Positions 1 to 13,153 are shown, counted from the stretch's first letter. The stretch is 64,000 nucleotides of DNA from Vermamoeba vermiformis (GCA_045837725.1 JBEWZL010000239.1:434001-498000); one strand, 5' to 3'. Notes: generated by a model not told the origin, from the sequence alone. Program-made: numbers and translations.

Positions 1-2662
1 AGCCCATAGTCTCCAAGGCATCAGCGACCTTCATAATGTCAAAGGTCTCGTTGTGATCAGCAACGTAAGCAATGTTGGCGGCTTCAGGAGGACCAATCAC
101 ACGAAGGCCAGGGATGTTGTTAATACCGTCCTTGAGCTCTTCGAACAATCGGTGCATCTCTTGAGCACCCTTCAAGTAACCATCTTCGCCCATGTGCACA
201 AGACCAGCCCAAGCAGAGGCAATCAAACCACCTTGTAAGGCAAAAAAGTCATCAGTAAAAGCTTAATACAGCAACAGTAAAAAATGGGTTGAATTTGATG
301 ATTGAGAAGTTGCGTCAGAGTGGAGTGATTTAAAAATCAGTCATTGTGAATCCTTAGGTTGGTTGGTGTTGGTATTTTTCATCAGAACAACTCTCAATCA
401 ATAGGCGTGCTCGCTCTAAGCACAAAAGTACACTTACCAGCACGAGAGCCGCTGACACTAGGTGTCACGTAGAAACCACCAGCCCAGTAAGTAGTCGCAA
501 AGAATTGATATTTGCGGTACTCAGCGTCGCTGTAAGTGATGACTGAAGTGCCTTTAGGTCCAAAGCCGTATTTGTGTGTGTCAGCGGAGATCGAGGTCAC
601 ACCGGGCACGCGGTAGTCCCACTTGCGGTTCAGATGACCCAATTTCTCGAGCCACGGCAACAAGAAGGCGCCAACGCAAGCTGTATGAACAAGAGATTAG
701 GACGATTGCTTTTCTAACATGTAAAAAATGTATGTAAAGTGATGGTTGTTAGTGGATCAGATAGGAGCGAAAGAAATGATAATCATGCTTGGTAATTCAG
801 TTGAACTATGCATTTGAACATCACCTCACTAAGAAATGATACAAAAACAACGATTGATTTTCTGCAAATTGAAACTTACCATCAACGTGAACGGGGATGT
901 TGTGCTTCAAACCCAACTGACCCAAGGCTTCAATATCGTCGATAACTCCGTGTGGGAATGTAGGGGCAGAGCCTACTAACTATAGACAAAATATGAATTA
1001 GCTGGTTGATAATTGGATTGTGCGAGCAGATCTAAAACTTACCAGGATCGTGTTCTTGTTGATAGCTGCCTTGAGCGCATTAATGTCGACTTGGAGGTTA
1101 GAGGCGAGAGGAACTTCGACAAACTTAACGCCAAAGTAATCGCAAGCCTTTCTGAAGGCTGGATGCACTGCGATCGAAGCCAATCTAACAGAAAGTTAGC
1201 CATGATAAACTCTTGATTTGTCTTTTAAACTTACAACTCGGGTTCGGTAATACCAAAGAGGTCTTTGGCACGTTCTTTGTAAGCTTTAATGGCCAAAAGA
1301 ATGGATTCGGTTCCTCCGTTTGTCATAACTATGAGATGATCGGATTAGAAAAAGTTCAAAAATAATATTTAAATTTGCAAATATTTTTTACTCACCTCCC
1401 ACGCATTTAGAATCACCGTGGAGCAAGTTGATGGTCATTTTGACGACTTCATTCTTTTATAAAAATAGTCAGATCAGATTCGGCCGCGATAAAGTCATAT
1501 CATTGACTCCTAATTACCTCCATTTGTCTCAAAGTAGGGAACACACGAGGATAGAATCCATTGCTATCGAAGAAGATGCCATACGCTTGCTTCAACAGCT
1601 CTTCTTGTTCTTCAAGATCTCCGTAGATGCCGCCAAAAGCAGCACCACCGTTATATTCTTTTTCTACATGTCTTATGTTCTTCAATATTTGAAGGACTGA
1701 TTCAGAAGACAAACCCTGTTCGTATGGCGCTTGTTAGTCCAATTTTTTGGCTCGCAAAATATTTTCCGAAGGAATTTGGCCCAAAATAATCAAGCCAGTA
1801 CGCGAACTCGGATCTAACAGGAAAATTGACTTACCTTCTCAGGAATGTGATCGTAGGGCTTCCAGTTAAGCGCAAGCAAGGCCTCTTCGTCGTGGCTGAG
1901 ATCTGTTTTAAGTTCCTTGATGGCTTTGTCCTAAAATTAACTCGAGTTAATGCATAATTTTTAGATCAATCAATTATTTTAAATATGACCAAACGAAAGG
2001 AGCGTAAGATTTGTGCTCAAAGTCCGTTTAAAAGGTGGATCCGGAAAATGTCTATTGTATCGCATGACCAACGATAGACTGATGCCATTATAGGGCCTTA
2101 TATAATACCTGTTCGCCTTTAATGGCAGCTTTAGCGCCAGGAGCCTTCATTAAGATTGACCAGAACAGATCCTTGAATGTTGCAGCCAAACCTGTCAAAT
2201 CAATACTGTCAGATATCACGCGATGCAATCCGATTAATATTAACTATCTGCATATAGTTGTAACAATTTGCGGGTTGGATAATATTTTCGGGAGAACCTC
2301 CGATTAACCAAAAGAAATCAAGCTGCAAGATCGTTTTCACAATGCTGGTTAATAGTAAGAGGCAATTGTATGTAATTTATATATTCATGTATAATCTCAA
2401 TTTACGATAATTTATGATATTTAAGTTGAAAGAAAGTAACGGAAAGATTTGGATCTCATTTTAATTACTTTAGGCGTTGGGATCAGCGTAAATGCCAATA
2501 GATATAACTAATATTAAGCATGATATATGTACCTTTTTTAGAAATACGAAGGACGGCATAAGTAATCGCAGTAACCGTAATCAAATGTTCGAGTTTGCTG
2601 AATCTGCTTTGGTTTCTTACAAAGAAGTTCACCAATCTTACAACGAGACTGTTGTCTGCCAT
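1..2662 (-). CDS. SGPL1: Sphingosine-1-phosphate lyase (group II PLP-dependent), multi-exon, 3' end runs off the window
   Basis: Exons encode [25 protein letters not shown] and the PLP-lysine motif [18 protein letters not shown], plus an N-terminal hydrophobic segment. ATG at 2662; GT-AG introns. Confidence 0.93.
299..400 (-). ncRNA. Intronic box C/D snoRNA with an 18S rRNA guide
   Basis: On the host strand: TGATGA (384-379) and CTGA (318-315), flanked by the stem TGATTGAGAGTTG/CAACTTCTCAATCA. The D-box guide AAATCACTCCAC is complementary to the conserved 18S sequence GUGGAGUGAUUU. Confidence 0.85.
749..832 (-). ncRNA. Intronic box C/D snoRNA, snR60/SNORD77-80-like double guide
   Basis: Boxes C GTGATGT, D' CTGA, C' ATGATTA, D CTGA; terminal stem TTAGTG/CACTAA. 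D' guide GCATAGTTCA pairs LSU UGAACUAUGC; D guide CTTTCGCTCCTAT pairs LSU AUAGGGGCGAAAG. The D+5 rule points to the yeast Am817 and Gm908 equivalents. Confidence 0.93.
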
Positions 2663-2711
2663 ATTGTTATATAATACAATGAATATATGCAGGTGTGTTG
2701 TCCAGACAAAA

Positions 2712-3761
2712 ATGTCCTTCAAAATAAAATCTTTTTTTGTGTTGAACTTTAGTATGACTTTCTCTCGCGAGATGCAGACAACAACGCGACTTTTTCGACA
2801 ATTTTGTATCGTCACTAAGCCTAATAGTGCGGTGACAGCGTCGTTTACATTATTCTCGAGGGCACGAAGAACTTACAGCACCGATCAGCAGATCAAGCCG
2901 CAGACGGAAGAGTTCGTCGATTTTAAGGCCAATAAGCCTACGGATTTAACCAAGTTCTTCAAGGATTTGGAAATATATCCAAATTTTATTACAGAAGCTG
3001 AACACGACCAACTTGTAGCTGAATCTGAGAAGGCATTGAAAAAGAAAAAATACCAAAATTCGCATTTTGATCACGTAATCACTGGATATAGAGAAACTGA
3101 AAAGTCCAACTGGGTAAGCTAATTTTGTAATTTTAGAAAATATATTTAGTCGTTCATTCACGAAAATAGATCTGACCAATATTTTTTCATAGAGCCCTGA
3201 ATGTCTAGCAACGATAAAGTAAGCGCATAAATAAATTTCATTATATTTTTATCTAATTTAAATTTCAGTCGGGTAAAATCAATGTTTCCTAAGGATACAC
3301 AATGGCTGTATGGGGTACACGTGCTTGATCTCGAGAAAAATGGCTACATAGGAGCCCATGTTGACTCTATAAAGGTAAATACTATCAATATATATGAATG
3401 TACTTCTAACAGTGGTCTATAGTTCTCAGGCAGTATTTTATCGGGACTTTGTTTGCTGTCTTCGTGCATAATGACTTTAAAGAGCGAAAAAACAGGCACA
3501 ATCGTTGATTTATTATTAAAACCACGCACTTTGTATATTATGAGGTACGGTGTCACATATTTGACCAATAGATCTGTTTTTAACGATGGATCCAGAGACG
3601 ACGTTAGATTTGAGTACAGCCACGAGATCCACGACGGAATTAAGCAATGGAAGGATCAAACGGTTGAACGCGAACGTAGAATATCAATAATGTTCCGTAA
3701 TGAAGTCGAGCATCAACATCAAGGCGTCAGCAAGAATGTATCGTATGGTGTCATTGAATAA
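2712..3761 (+). CDS. ALKBH7: AlkB homolog 7-like Fe(II)/2OG dioxygenase, probably mitochondrial
   Basis: Spliced product has GYIGAHVDSIKFSG (HxD), YSHEIH and RERRISIMFR. The N-terminus is Arg/Ser/Thr-rich. Start is 2712 or 2754. Confidence 0.88.
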
Positions 3762-4300
3762 AACCGACAAGGTAATAATAATTATAGCCTATTATAGTTA
3801 ATTGGCTCTTTGTCAACTAACTATACTGTTACCGTTTTGTGGTTATATCGCAATATTTATGGTTTATTAATCAAATTCTAATGTAGTTTACCCGACGCTT
3901 ATTCGAGCGGATATTGCCCGGTATGAGCACAATCTAAAATTTCTATTAACCCCAGTTTTGCATTGGATAACAGCGATTGTAGCCGACATCGATTCACGAG
4001 CAATGAATTAACAGCTTTCACGAGTGCACCATTGGTTTTGCAACGACTATCTCCGGCACAGTCCGTAATAATTCAGATGGAAATTTCATGAATTATTTGG
4101 CTATCCCGGGGAATATGAATCACATTTCAGTAGTTAAAAACGGCCCCCAGGGTAATAATTCAATGAAAATAATAGAATTCCGATTTTGTGGGGTTAAGGA
4201 ATCGACAAACTTTGCCACCAGCGGCTTTAAATAGCTATTCAATTGCCACTAGTCATTCCATTCAATTTTCAGTACTCAACTGCAAGCAACTCACGACAAC

Positions 4301-5936
4301 ATGCGAGTTAGTTTAGTCTGCCTTTTAGTGGGTTTGATAGCAGCTTCTTTGGCCCTGGATCAGTCTCCTTTGGAGGTGATCCCGTACTGCCAACCAGTTG
4401 ACAATGGCTTCGCAACAGATGCGAATGGCCAATCGTTTTTGGTTAGTAAATATCTTTGCCAAGAAGCCTTTGGAGTAGCCATCTTCCTCAACGGCCAAAA
4501 CACCGGATTCAACCTGACGTACGCAACATCAGACTACCAAGGGTTATGGACTGTTGCCGGTCTTCGTACCACGGTAAATTCTTCGCCACCCGTTGGAGTT
4601 CTGTACGACTTTGGCTCATATTCCTGCGGTGGAGGCCTGGGCATTGTGGATGGCACTTACGACGCCGTGGATGGCGCTTTGGGCATTATTTTTGATGGCC
4701 AAACCTACGGCGGAGGCACTGTTAATACCAATTTAACAACTAATTGCTCTTCTACAACCGTCTCGTTCACTCTTGGCTCGGATGTGCTCCCGAAAGGACT
4801 GACCACAAAGCGGACCTTTTACTTCCCGACTGGTATGTTTCATTTTAATAATGACACCTCGAGATAGTAGTTATATCGATAAACAGGGTTTTAATAGTCG
4901 TTGTATATTGATAAATCAGGTTATTAATGTTAGTCTATTTTTAGCGTCGTCCGAAGCTTGGGGCAGAGTTGTGGATGAGGTTCATAACCCGACCAACGCG
5001 TCTGTTGAAGTATCCGTTGGTTTTTTCAACGAACTTGGATCAGACGACACCACCCATTTCTTCAATGTTACCGAGCGTTATAGTTTTAGGTAAATCTAGT
5101 TACTCAAGTTTTAAATCAGTTATGCTGATCTCGCTTTTTTTATTGCAGCGCCGACACTGATAACATTACTGCTTTGCCCGAAGGTTCTGACAACTTGGTC
5201 TCGTTTCATTGGTCCAGTTGGAACGCAACCCTTCCCGACGATTTCATTTCTTACCGCAAGACCCTTAACGGTTCAGAACTACCTCCTTTTACTTACGGCA
5301 ACGATGACATTATTCCGTACTGGAACGTGACTATTCCTGCTGGCAAGACAATGACCTTCATGATGGTCATGAACCAAGGCGGCTGGGACATGGACAAGAT
5401 GTACACCTCGGTTCAAGATCTTGACGCCAATCCGTTGAAGCTGTACGCTGGTAAGTGTCTCAGAGTATCAAAGTGTCAAAGTGTCAAAGTGTCACTTTCA
5501 GATATTAATCGATTCGTGTTCAGATATGACCGAAGATCAACTGACCACTCTTCACAACTTCAATCCGTGCGCTGCAACAGCCCCTCAACTGAGCAACAAT
5601 GACGTGACACCAAAAACAGCTTGCACTTCATTCGGAGGTCAAGCAGAGTTCGATTTGACAGCGTATCTTGGTGCCATTGAATGGAAGCCCAATGTGAACA
5701 TTTCAGTGATTGTTCACGGCTCTGACGGAAGTGTCATCGTCTCCAACGAGAACAACGTTATCTCAGTTCCATCAGGCACTTTCGATGTCAAACTCAACTT
5801 CGCACAATGTGCATTGAATGTTGGTCAAGTCACTGTCAGGTGTACTGATGCACCTGTAGCCAAAACCACTTCTCCCGCGTCAACAGTGATCGGTTTTGGA
5901 CTTGCCTCTGTCATGACTTTTGTGCTATCGCTGTAA
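4301..5936 (+). CDS. Secreted, probably GPI-anchored protein, paralogue A (4 exons)
   Basis: Signal peptide MRVSLVCLLVGLIAASLA; Thr/Ser linker followed by a hydrophobic C-terminal tail; same exon structure as 7601-9187. Confidence 0.85.
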
Positions 5937-6501
5937 AATAAATAAAACGGCGAAAAAAGTTATTGATCCGTATCGTGGTTGCTTTTATTTGAGTCGTTAA
6001 GAACGCAATACATTATGGCACCAGAAGGCAGATTGAAAGTGACTCTAAGAGTGACTCTCTTAATGGCGACTTGCTGGTTTGATTGGATCTTTGTCACCAA
6101 AAGTACTCGCTGTATCGATTCCAGGAGCATCAAAATTATTCAAAAAAATTCAGCAGAGATGACAGTAACGTTTGAAAAGCAAAATTCGAGCAAACAATTA
6201 AACCGTTTTGATTTTTAATTAAAAATATTTCGCCGCTCGGATCAAACTTGGAAACAATACTAGATTTAGTAAGTATTAAATCGCTATTAACTTTTTGATT
6301 TTTCTTTAATTTATGTCGTTCATTTTAAGCTGACAAGAAACGCCAAGCACAGCTTATTGGGCAAACGAGTGAGAGAGACAGTGAGACCTGACGACAACGT
6401 TATATATCGCTTTTGAATTGTGTTCAGGACTTTCCAATAATTGGATAATGCGAATGGGTTTCTAGAAAAAGTTGACAGCTTTGAAATTTGGGGTTGGCAC
6501 A

Positions 6502-7538
6502 GATAGTCGTTCGACTTCTGGGTAAGGTAAATTTTACCTGGTTTTTTTTTTCCTACCGACTTTTCGGGTAGGAAACGGATAATTTACCTTTCCCTTAGGT
6601 TAAGGTAAATTTACCTCCAATTGCCAATCTATGATGTAAAGCTGACTATAAAGAAGTAACATTGGCCACGCTTCTTGGATAAGTATATCAAAAGGTTTTA
6701 TTTAGGTGACAAGTCCTGGATTGCCTTCGAAAGCTGAATCTGTTGCGACCCTTCTCCAATTAATCTCTCTATATTCAATATTTCAGCCATTTTGAATTTA
6801 TTAGACTATTGCATTTGTCGATTTATTTGTATTTGGAACCGATAGCTTGTAGTGAGGTCTTCTCTAGAGAAGCGATTTTATTTCCTCGATCGAAACCTCG
6901 GGAACAGCACTGTGGTGTCGGTTAGTATTAATTAGCCCTATTGAAACATTACTTACGTGGGGGAGTTATTCATCGTATTACAATTTGTGCAATCCTCGCG
7001 GTTCAGTCGCTCGATCAGCTTTTTCAGCAACTCGAATTCTGTTCGCATTATCTTTTTGTGGACAATAACCTGTTCTTTGACCGCACTAGCAAGTTCTTAT
7101 TCGAGGCGCTACTTGCTCAAGTTGATCTTGCAATCCAATCCGCCAATTGGAACGAACAATTTTGTAAAGCCTCAACAAATTTAGTATTCAGCTTGGCCGT
7201 GATCTTTTCGACCTGCAGGAATATTAAACCTTCAATAAGAGTTGTTTACTAATTGACGGGTATTTGATAAGCAACGTACGTTGCTTCGCCGATAATTGGA
7301 ATTGTAATTATTAATTAAATTGACTCCACTATTAATTATTAATTTGAGCCCCAATGGATTTAACATTGTGGATTGGTTCAACACCCAAGCATATTGCCCG
7401 TAAGAGGAAGGCTACACACTGGTAATTTACCAATTTACCTTGGTAAATATAACCTGGTTTTGGTTACCTTCCGACTTTTCAGGTAGGTAAATAAAAAAGA
7501 AGGTAAAATTTACCTTACCCGAAAGTCGAACGACTATC
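6502..7538. mobile_element. Non-autonomous DNA transposon, 1037 bp, 38-bp TIRs, 8-bp TSD
   Basis: TIRs 6502-6539 and 7501-7538 match 36/38. Direct repeat TTGGCACA at 6494-6501 and 7539-7546. Subterminal GGTAAATTTACC-like repeats and CCGACTTTTCRGGTAGG at both ends. Confidence 0.92.
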
Positions 7539-7600
7539 TTGGCACAGCGTTATAAATCTGGTAGCGGCTTAATTTTTTCATTGATTCAACAAATTCAACA

Positions 7601-9187
7601 ATGAAATACACCACGGTCTTCATTTTGGCTTCTCTCATTACTGCTTCTCTGGCTCTCAACCAATACCCGATCGACGCGATCCCTTACTGTCGCGTTGTCG
7701 AGAATGGCTTCACTACCGATGCCAATGGCGATCCATTCGTATTGGTGGATCACTTGTGCAACTATCGTGTGGCCTTTGCAATCTACCACAATGGTCAAGA
7801 CACCGGATTTAACCTGACTTTTGCTATTCAAGACTTTGGATACACTGGCTTTCTGAGCTTTACTAAGGCCAATGATACGGTAAATAATCCTCCTGCCTAT
7901 GGCGTTGTTTATGATCTCAGTGCGGATTACTGTCGCGGAGGAATTGGAATTATGGATGGCACTTACGACACCGTGGATGGAGCTTTGAGCATCACTTTTG
8001 ACGGTCAATCATATGGCGGCACCACGATCAACTCTAATTTGACCACTACTTGCTCTTCTACAACCGTCTCGTTCACTCTTGGACCGGATGTGCTCCCGAA
8101 AGGACTGATAACGAAACGAACATTCTATTTCCCAACGGGTAAGTTGCATAGCATCATATTATTATGAGTATACTACTAACTGTCTATTGTTAGCATCTTC
8201 GGAGGCTTGGGGCAGAGTTGTGGATGAGGTTCACAACCCCACAAACGCCGCTATTGAAGTGTCAATTGGTTATTACAACAATTTGGGATCAGACGAATAC
8301 ACTCACTTTTTTAATTTGACTGAGCGATACAGTTTTACGTAAGCGAAATTTAAATCTGATTTACTTGAAAAAACGTTCGGTTAACCAGATCTACCACAGC
8401 GGAGAATTCATTGTTTTCAATGCCTCGCAGCAGAACGATAATTTGGTCTCGTTTCATTGGTCTAGCTGGAACGCTACTCTTCCTAATGGCTTCAACACTG
8501 AAAACCAGTTCCAGAATGGTACATACTTACAAGTCCTCACTGAAGGCAACGATGACATTATTCCGTACTGGAACGTGACAATTCCTGCGGGCAAGACCAT
8601 GACCTTCATGATGGTCATGAATCAAGGTGGATGGGACGTTGATAAAATGCATGCCTCTGTGCAGGATCTCGATGCCAATCCGTTGAAGCTCTATGTCGGT
8701 AAGTGTCAAAGTGTCAAGGTGTCACTTTCGGATATTGATTGATTCGTGTTCAGATATGACCGAAGATCAACTGACAACTCTTCACAACTTCAATCCGTGC
8801 GCTGCAACAGTCCCTCAATTGAGCAACAATGACGTGACACCAAAGGCAGCTTGCACTTCATTCGGAGGTCAAGCAGAGTTCGATTTGACAGCGTACCTTG
8901 GTGCCATTGAATGGAAGCCAAGCGTGAACATTTCAGTGACTGCTCATGGCTCTGACAACAGTGTCATCGTTCCAAACGAGAACAACGTTATCTCAGTTCC
9001 ATCAGGCACTTTCGATGTCAAACTCAACTTTTTGCAATGTGCATTGAATATTGGTCAAGTCACTGTCACGTGTCCTGCTGCACCCGTCACTGGCTCGTCC
9101 AACCCAACTGGTGTTACATCTGCTTCGGCAACGGTCGGATCCGGAGTTGTAGCCCTGCTTTTGAGCTTCATGGTAGCATCATTCTAA
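7601..9187 (+). CDS. Secreted, probably GPI-anchored protein, paralogue B (4 exons)
   Basis: Signal peptide MKYTTVFILASLITASLA; hydrophobic C-terminus; 3' half near-identical to paralogue A. Confidence 0.85.
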
Positions 9188-9286
9188 ATCAATAAATCGA
9201 AGTTACTATAGTAGTTTATAATATGAAAATGCTTCAGCGGATCATAACACTACCGTACAAACTGGTTTTATTCCTTGTGGGCAAAA

Positions 9287-12200
9287 TCACATCGTAGTAA
9301 TATTAAATTGAGGCTCTACGAGCTGCATCACGACCTCCCAATGCGTAGTTCCGCGCACAATGTACTGCAAATCTGCATCAGGCCAATCACCGAAAGCGTA
9401 CTCTTCACTATTGAAGCATGGTCGAATGCCTTTGATGTACTTGTTATGGGCCCATGTGAGCCACATGTTGTCAGGCTCGTCGTACGTGAATACTTGCGAC
9501 CCATCTGATACCAAAGGAGTTATTAAGTTTCTTAGAAAAGTTATCGGAAGTGACCTCCGAACCGCGATGAATTTCTTACCGTAGATTAAGTCCTTAGGCT
9601 CGTTATCCGTACTAGTCTTTCTCTGGTTCTTGATCTTGATAAAGAAGTTCGCGAAGAATTTTGTAGGTCTATCGGGAGTGTTGTTCAAGTCGTCAAATTC
9701 TTTCGTCAATGAAATGAAGCTCACGTTGGTTGAGCCCCAACTCAATTTTAACTTCCTACAAACATTAATAATGTTAATATTATAGTAGAATTATTAGTTT
9801 AAAACGTACCAATTACAATTATGCAGTTTAAACGTCTTCGTTACTTCTTCACTTTTTCCGTTCAAAAAAAGATCGAAATCGTTGAACGTTAATTGAGCTG
9901 TTTCAATGCGGTAATTGATTGTAGCCAGACTCGTGTTCATTTCTCTATAAGGATTCGCCACTGTTTGTTCTTTATCAACGAAAAAGTTCAAATGGAAGCA
10001 CTGCAAAGCGCCTACAACGCAACTATCAATAAAAGAATGACGAGATTATGTTGTTACGTACTGTCATTATATTTGTCAAATTTGCAATGGTCTAGGACGT
10101 ATTGATGAATATCTGACGTTTTGGACGGGTCAAAATTCTTCTCGGGATGATTGCTAAAAACCAATCAAATGAGCTTACATTACACTAACACTATGATTAA
10201 TATCTTATTACATACCTGCATGAAAGGTGCTCAACAGTCCTAATTCCAGAATTTTCCACGTATTTGGGAGGTTCTCGGACACCCGTGTTCAACCATCGCA
10301 AGGACTGGCGACTTAACGAGTAAAAATACATTAGATATGTATAGATATAAAAATTGTTTGTATTCTTACGTAGTATAATAACTCTTCACCCAAACTGGCA
10401 TCGTCGGGAAAATCTCGCTCAAATTTGCAAAGTCGCTTGTAAACCAACGCGTTTTGCGATAGGTGATGCAGAAGCCTTGTGACCATATGTCTACGACCAA
10501 TCAATTAGTTGATCAAATTATAACAAATCTTACATTTCCAGCCGTAAATGTCCAAATGCGTTTCTTCGTGAAGAATGTAACGCATGAGCAAGATTTTCAT
10601 CAGGCACATCAACTCGATCATTTGGTGCGTGGTCGGATGCACGTGCGGATTAATTTTCTCGGAAGTAGCTGAATTAGCCCGGTAAGTATCAATCGTTCAT
10701 GAAAATACTAATAGATGCATACTTATGGAACCATAGCCGTGAACACGAAGATAAAGTGGTGCAACAACATTGTAGCCTCGTTTATAGTACTTAGCGATAC
10801 GTTCCCATCGCAGCTTTGTGCCGAACTTTGTGCTGCTGTCAAGAAAGTTTGATCCGTAGATTGAACCAAACAAGAATCTGTCAACAAATACGAACATTCA
10901 GTTATCACCTTGATTGTGACATTGAATCAAGTAGAATGAGATTACCTTGGAATGACGAGAACAGTGTCACCGTTGAAACCGACTATGGGTGATGAACGAC
11001 GTTAGTATGAACGGTCAATACATTGTACATTTGTTGTTCTTACTTGAGCACGAGTTCATGTCAGAAGCCAACAAGATCTCCAATGGTGATGCGTAAGTGC
11101 TGTTTCATCATTATTAATAAGGATATGTAAGTATCGATGACGGCCAATCATCGCAAAATGATGGAGCCCTTGGCAAGTAGATGATACTATGACGTACCTT
11201 AATATAATTTGAACGTGTCTAAATCTGTTGTTGGACACCAAAGTGATGGTGTTGGCTGTTTTGACAATTCCGATCTTTTGATCCCAACGAGACTGTATCG
11301 AGTTGAAAATCTCTTCTACTTTAGCTTGCGCTTGTTCAGGTGTCAGCCCATATACGTAAATATCGATGTCAGACTGGTATAAAGAATTATAGTGGCTGGT
11401 CATGGCCTCTGCGTTTGGTCGTTTGTTTTTGCGGAGTGACTTGAGAACGGATCCACCAACAACAAGCACATTCTTCCAGTTGAGATTGCGCAAGCACCCG
11501 TGTGTCATTTGTTTAAAATTTTCTTTGAATTCTTTCTTCGAAGAAACGTAATTAAAGTCAAAACACTCGTTCATGTACGACTGCACGAGGGCCTGTTTCA
11601 CCTGCAATTTCTACCGTTAGTGTCATTATTGAGACTTGATATTATATACTTGATCACTAGGTCTCAGCTTCGTATTGCCTATAAAATGAGCCAGCCTCTT
11701 CTCGTCGAACAAATTGGTCACGAGTGTCTTCTCGAAGTGCTTCAGAAGAGGATTGTTCGGTTGTTTCCAGAACAAGTAGCGAAGCATATCTTCTTCTTGT
11801 TTGATACTAAGAGACATCATCGTTAGTTATAGATGTAATAGAGTGATGAGATCTGTCCTCACCCAGCAGCAATGATGTGTGGATCGAGCTCCCAAACACG
11901 ATGTTGGTAAATGCATCGAAGTGATGTCATTGACAGCTGCGTGTGGATTTTGAATTTAAGTTCTCGAGGGAGAGCTTCGATTTGATTATGAAACATGTCT
12001 TGAACTGTCTCTGTTTGCAAAACATCAGTCACATCCACGGGACAACGTCTTTAAATTGCCTTTACTCACTATTATTGAGGGGATCGCAGGTCATCTCGTT
12101 GATCCATGAGCTAATTTTGAAGATGCAAAGCGAGGAAAGAGACGGAGGTGAGTTCTCCAACGATTTGAAACGCGAAACGGATTTACTTTCATCTTCTTCC

Positions 12201-12464
12201 TTTCTTATTTTTGTCCCTATAATAAATTTAGTTACATAAATATTAAAATTAAGCAACGTACCTGTGACTGGTACTTCGTCTGCTTCTACTAGATCTGCAT
12301 CCTAAGCGATAAAATATTAGCCGCTTGCTTCCTAGTTATTCGCAATATTATTATAACGATCAAGATATTTGGATTTTGGTCCACCACATCCGGTAAAATA
12401 GGAAAGTACCTACGTATTCTGGATCATCAACTTGTTCTAAAAACTCCTCAAAATTGTTTTCCAT
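9287..12464 (-). CDS. BC/SOCS-box-like + nucleotidyltransferase-fold + MATH-like protein, copy A
   Basis: ATG at 12464 (MENNFEEFLEQ). Motifs: PPSLSSLCIFKI and ALPRELKFKI; VLVVGGSVL...SDIDIYVYG; TFKLHNCNW/KLKL...FFANFFIKIKNQ. Multi-exon, mirrored by 16011-19389. Confidence 0.8.
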
Positions 12465-13153
12465 GATTGCTATGTAGACAACTCGAGAACTAGAAATAAA
12501 TACTCAGTTAAACTGCCTCGTCACCGAAATCATTATCTGGCACGTGATTTTCTGAACTGAGAATAACGCCACGTCCCAAGTTGTGAATTCCACGATTAAT
12601 TAGTCACCCCTTTTGATTGTTTATTCGCAGCTATTACAGACGCAAGTATACAAAAAGACAAACGCGTTGCATTCGTTTGGTTACCAGGACCACAGCGGAA
12701 CGGCATCAAAGGGTCGGCCAAAGCACAACCTACAGCAGTACCACGGTACTCAAATGTGCGCCAATCGCCCGAAGAACTAGCGGTCAGCCCGAGTTGTAGC
12801 TGTTGCTATGGTGGTGCGTTAAGGGAGTCTGCACCGAGGGCCTTGCATATGCATCGCGAGTCGCTTGCGACCAACAACCATTGCGACACCAAGTACTTGC
12901 CCGATTGATAATTCGCCGACGCACTGGTTGATGTGCCAGTTATTAGCACTGATGCGGTTAGGTTGGTTGCTTCAAATGCTGAAGGTAACTCCTCAGGACT
13001 TGCTTCTGGGGTGTATTTACTTACGAAGGAAAATCCGCACTCGGAGTTGAATTATTCGTTCGGAAATAGCTTATATCGATATTGATAGCGGTGTAATTGA
13101 CCGCATAACTGCGTTTAATGAACGAGCAGACAGGAGGTAAATAGCTCACGGCT

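Noticed and set aside
6941-7252. Plus-strand ORFs inside the transposon as a transposase or Fanzor/TnpB
   Set aside because: Shadow-like composition and no DDE, RuvC or zinc-finger motifs.
11943-12239. Near-duplicate ORFs beginning MDFEFKFSRESF (also 16103-16471)
   Set aside because: Antisense shadows of the converted tract in the NTase paralogues, not genes.
12950-12972. AACCAACCTAACC on the minus strand as a telomerase RNA template
   Set aside because: It does not give 1.5 copies of a TTAGGG-type repeat, and there is no other support.
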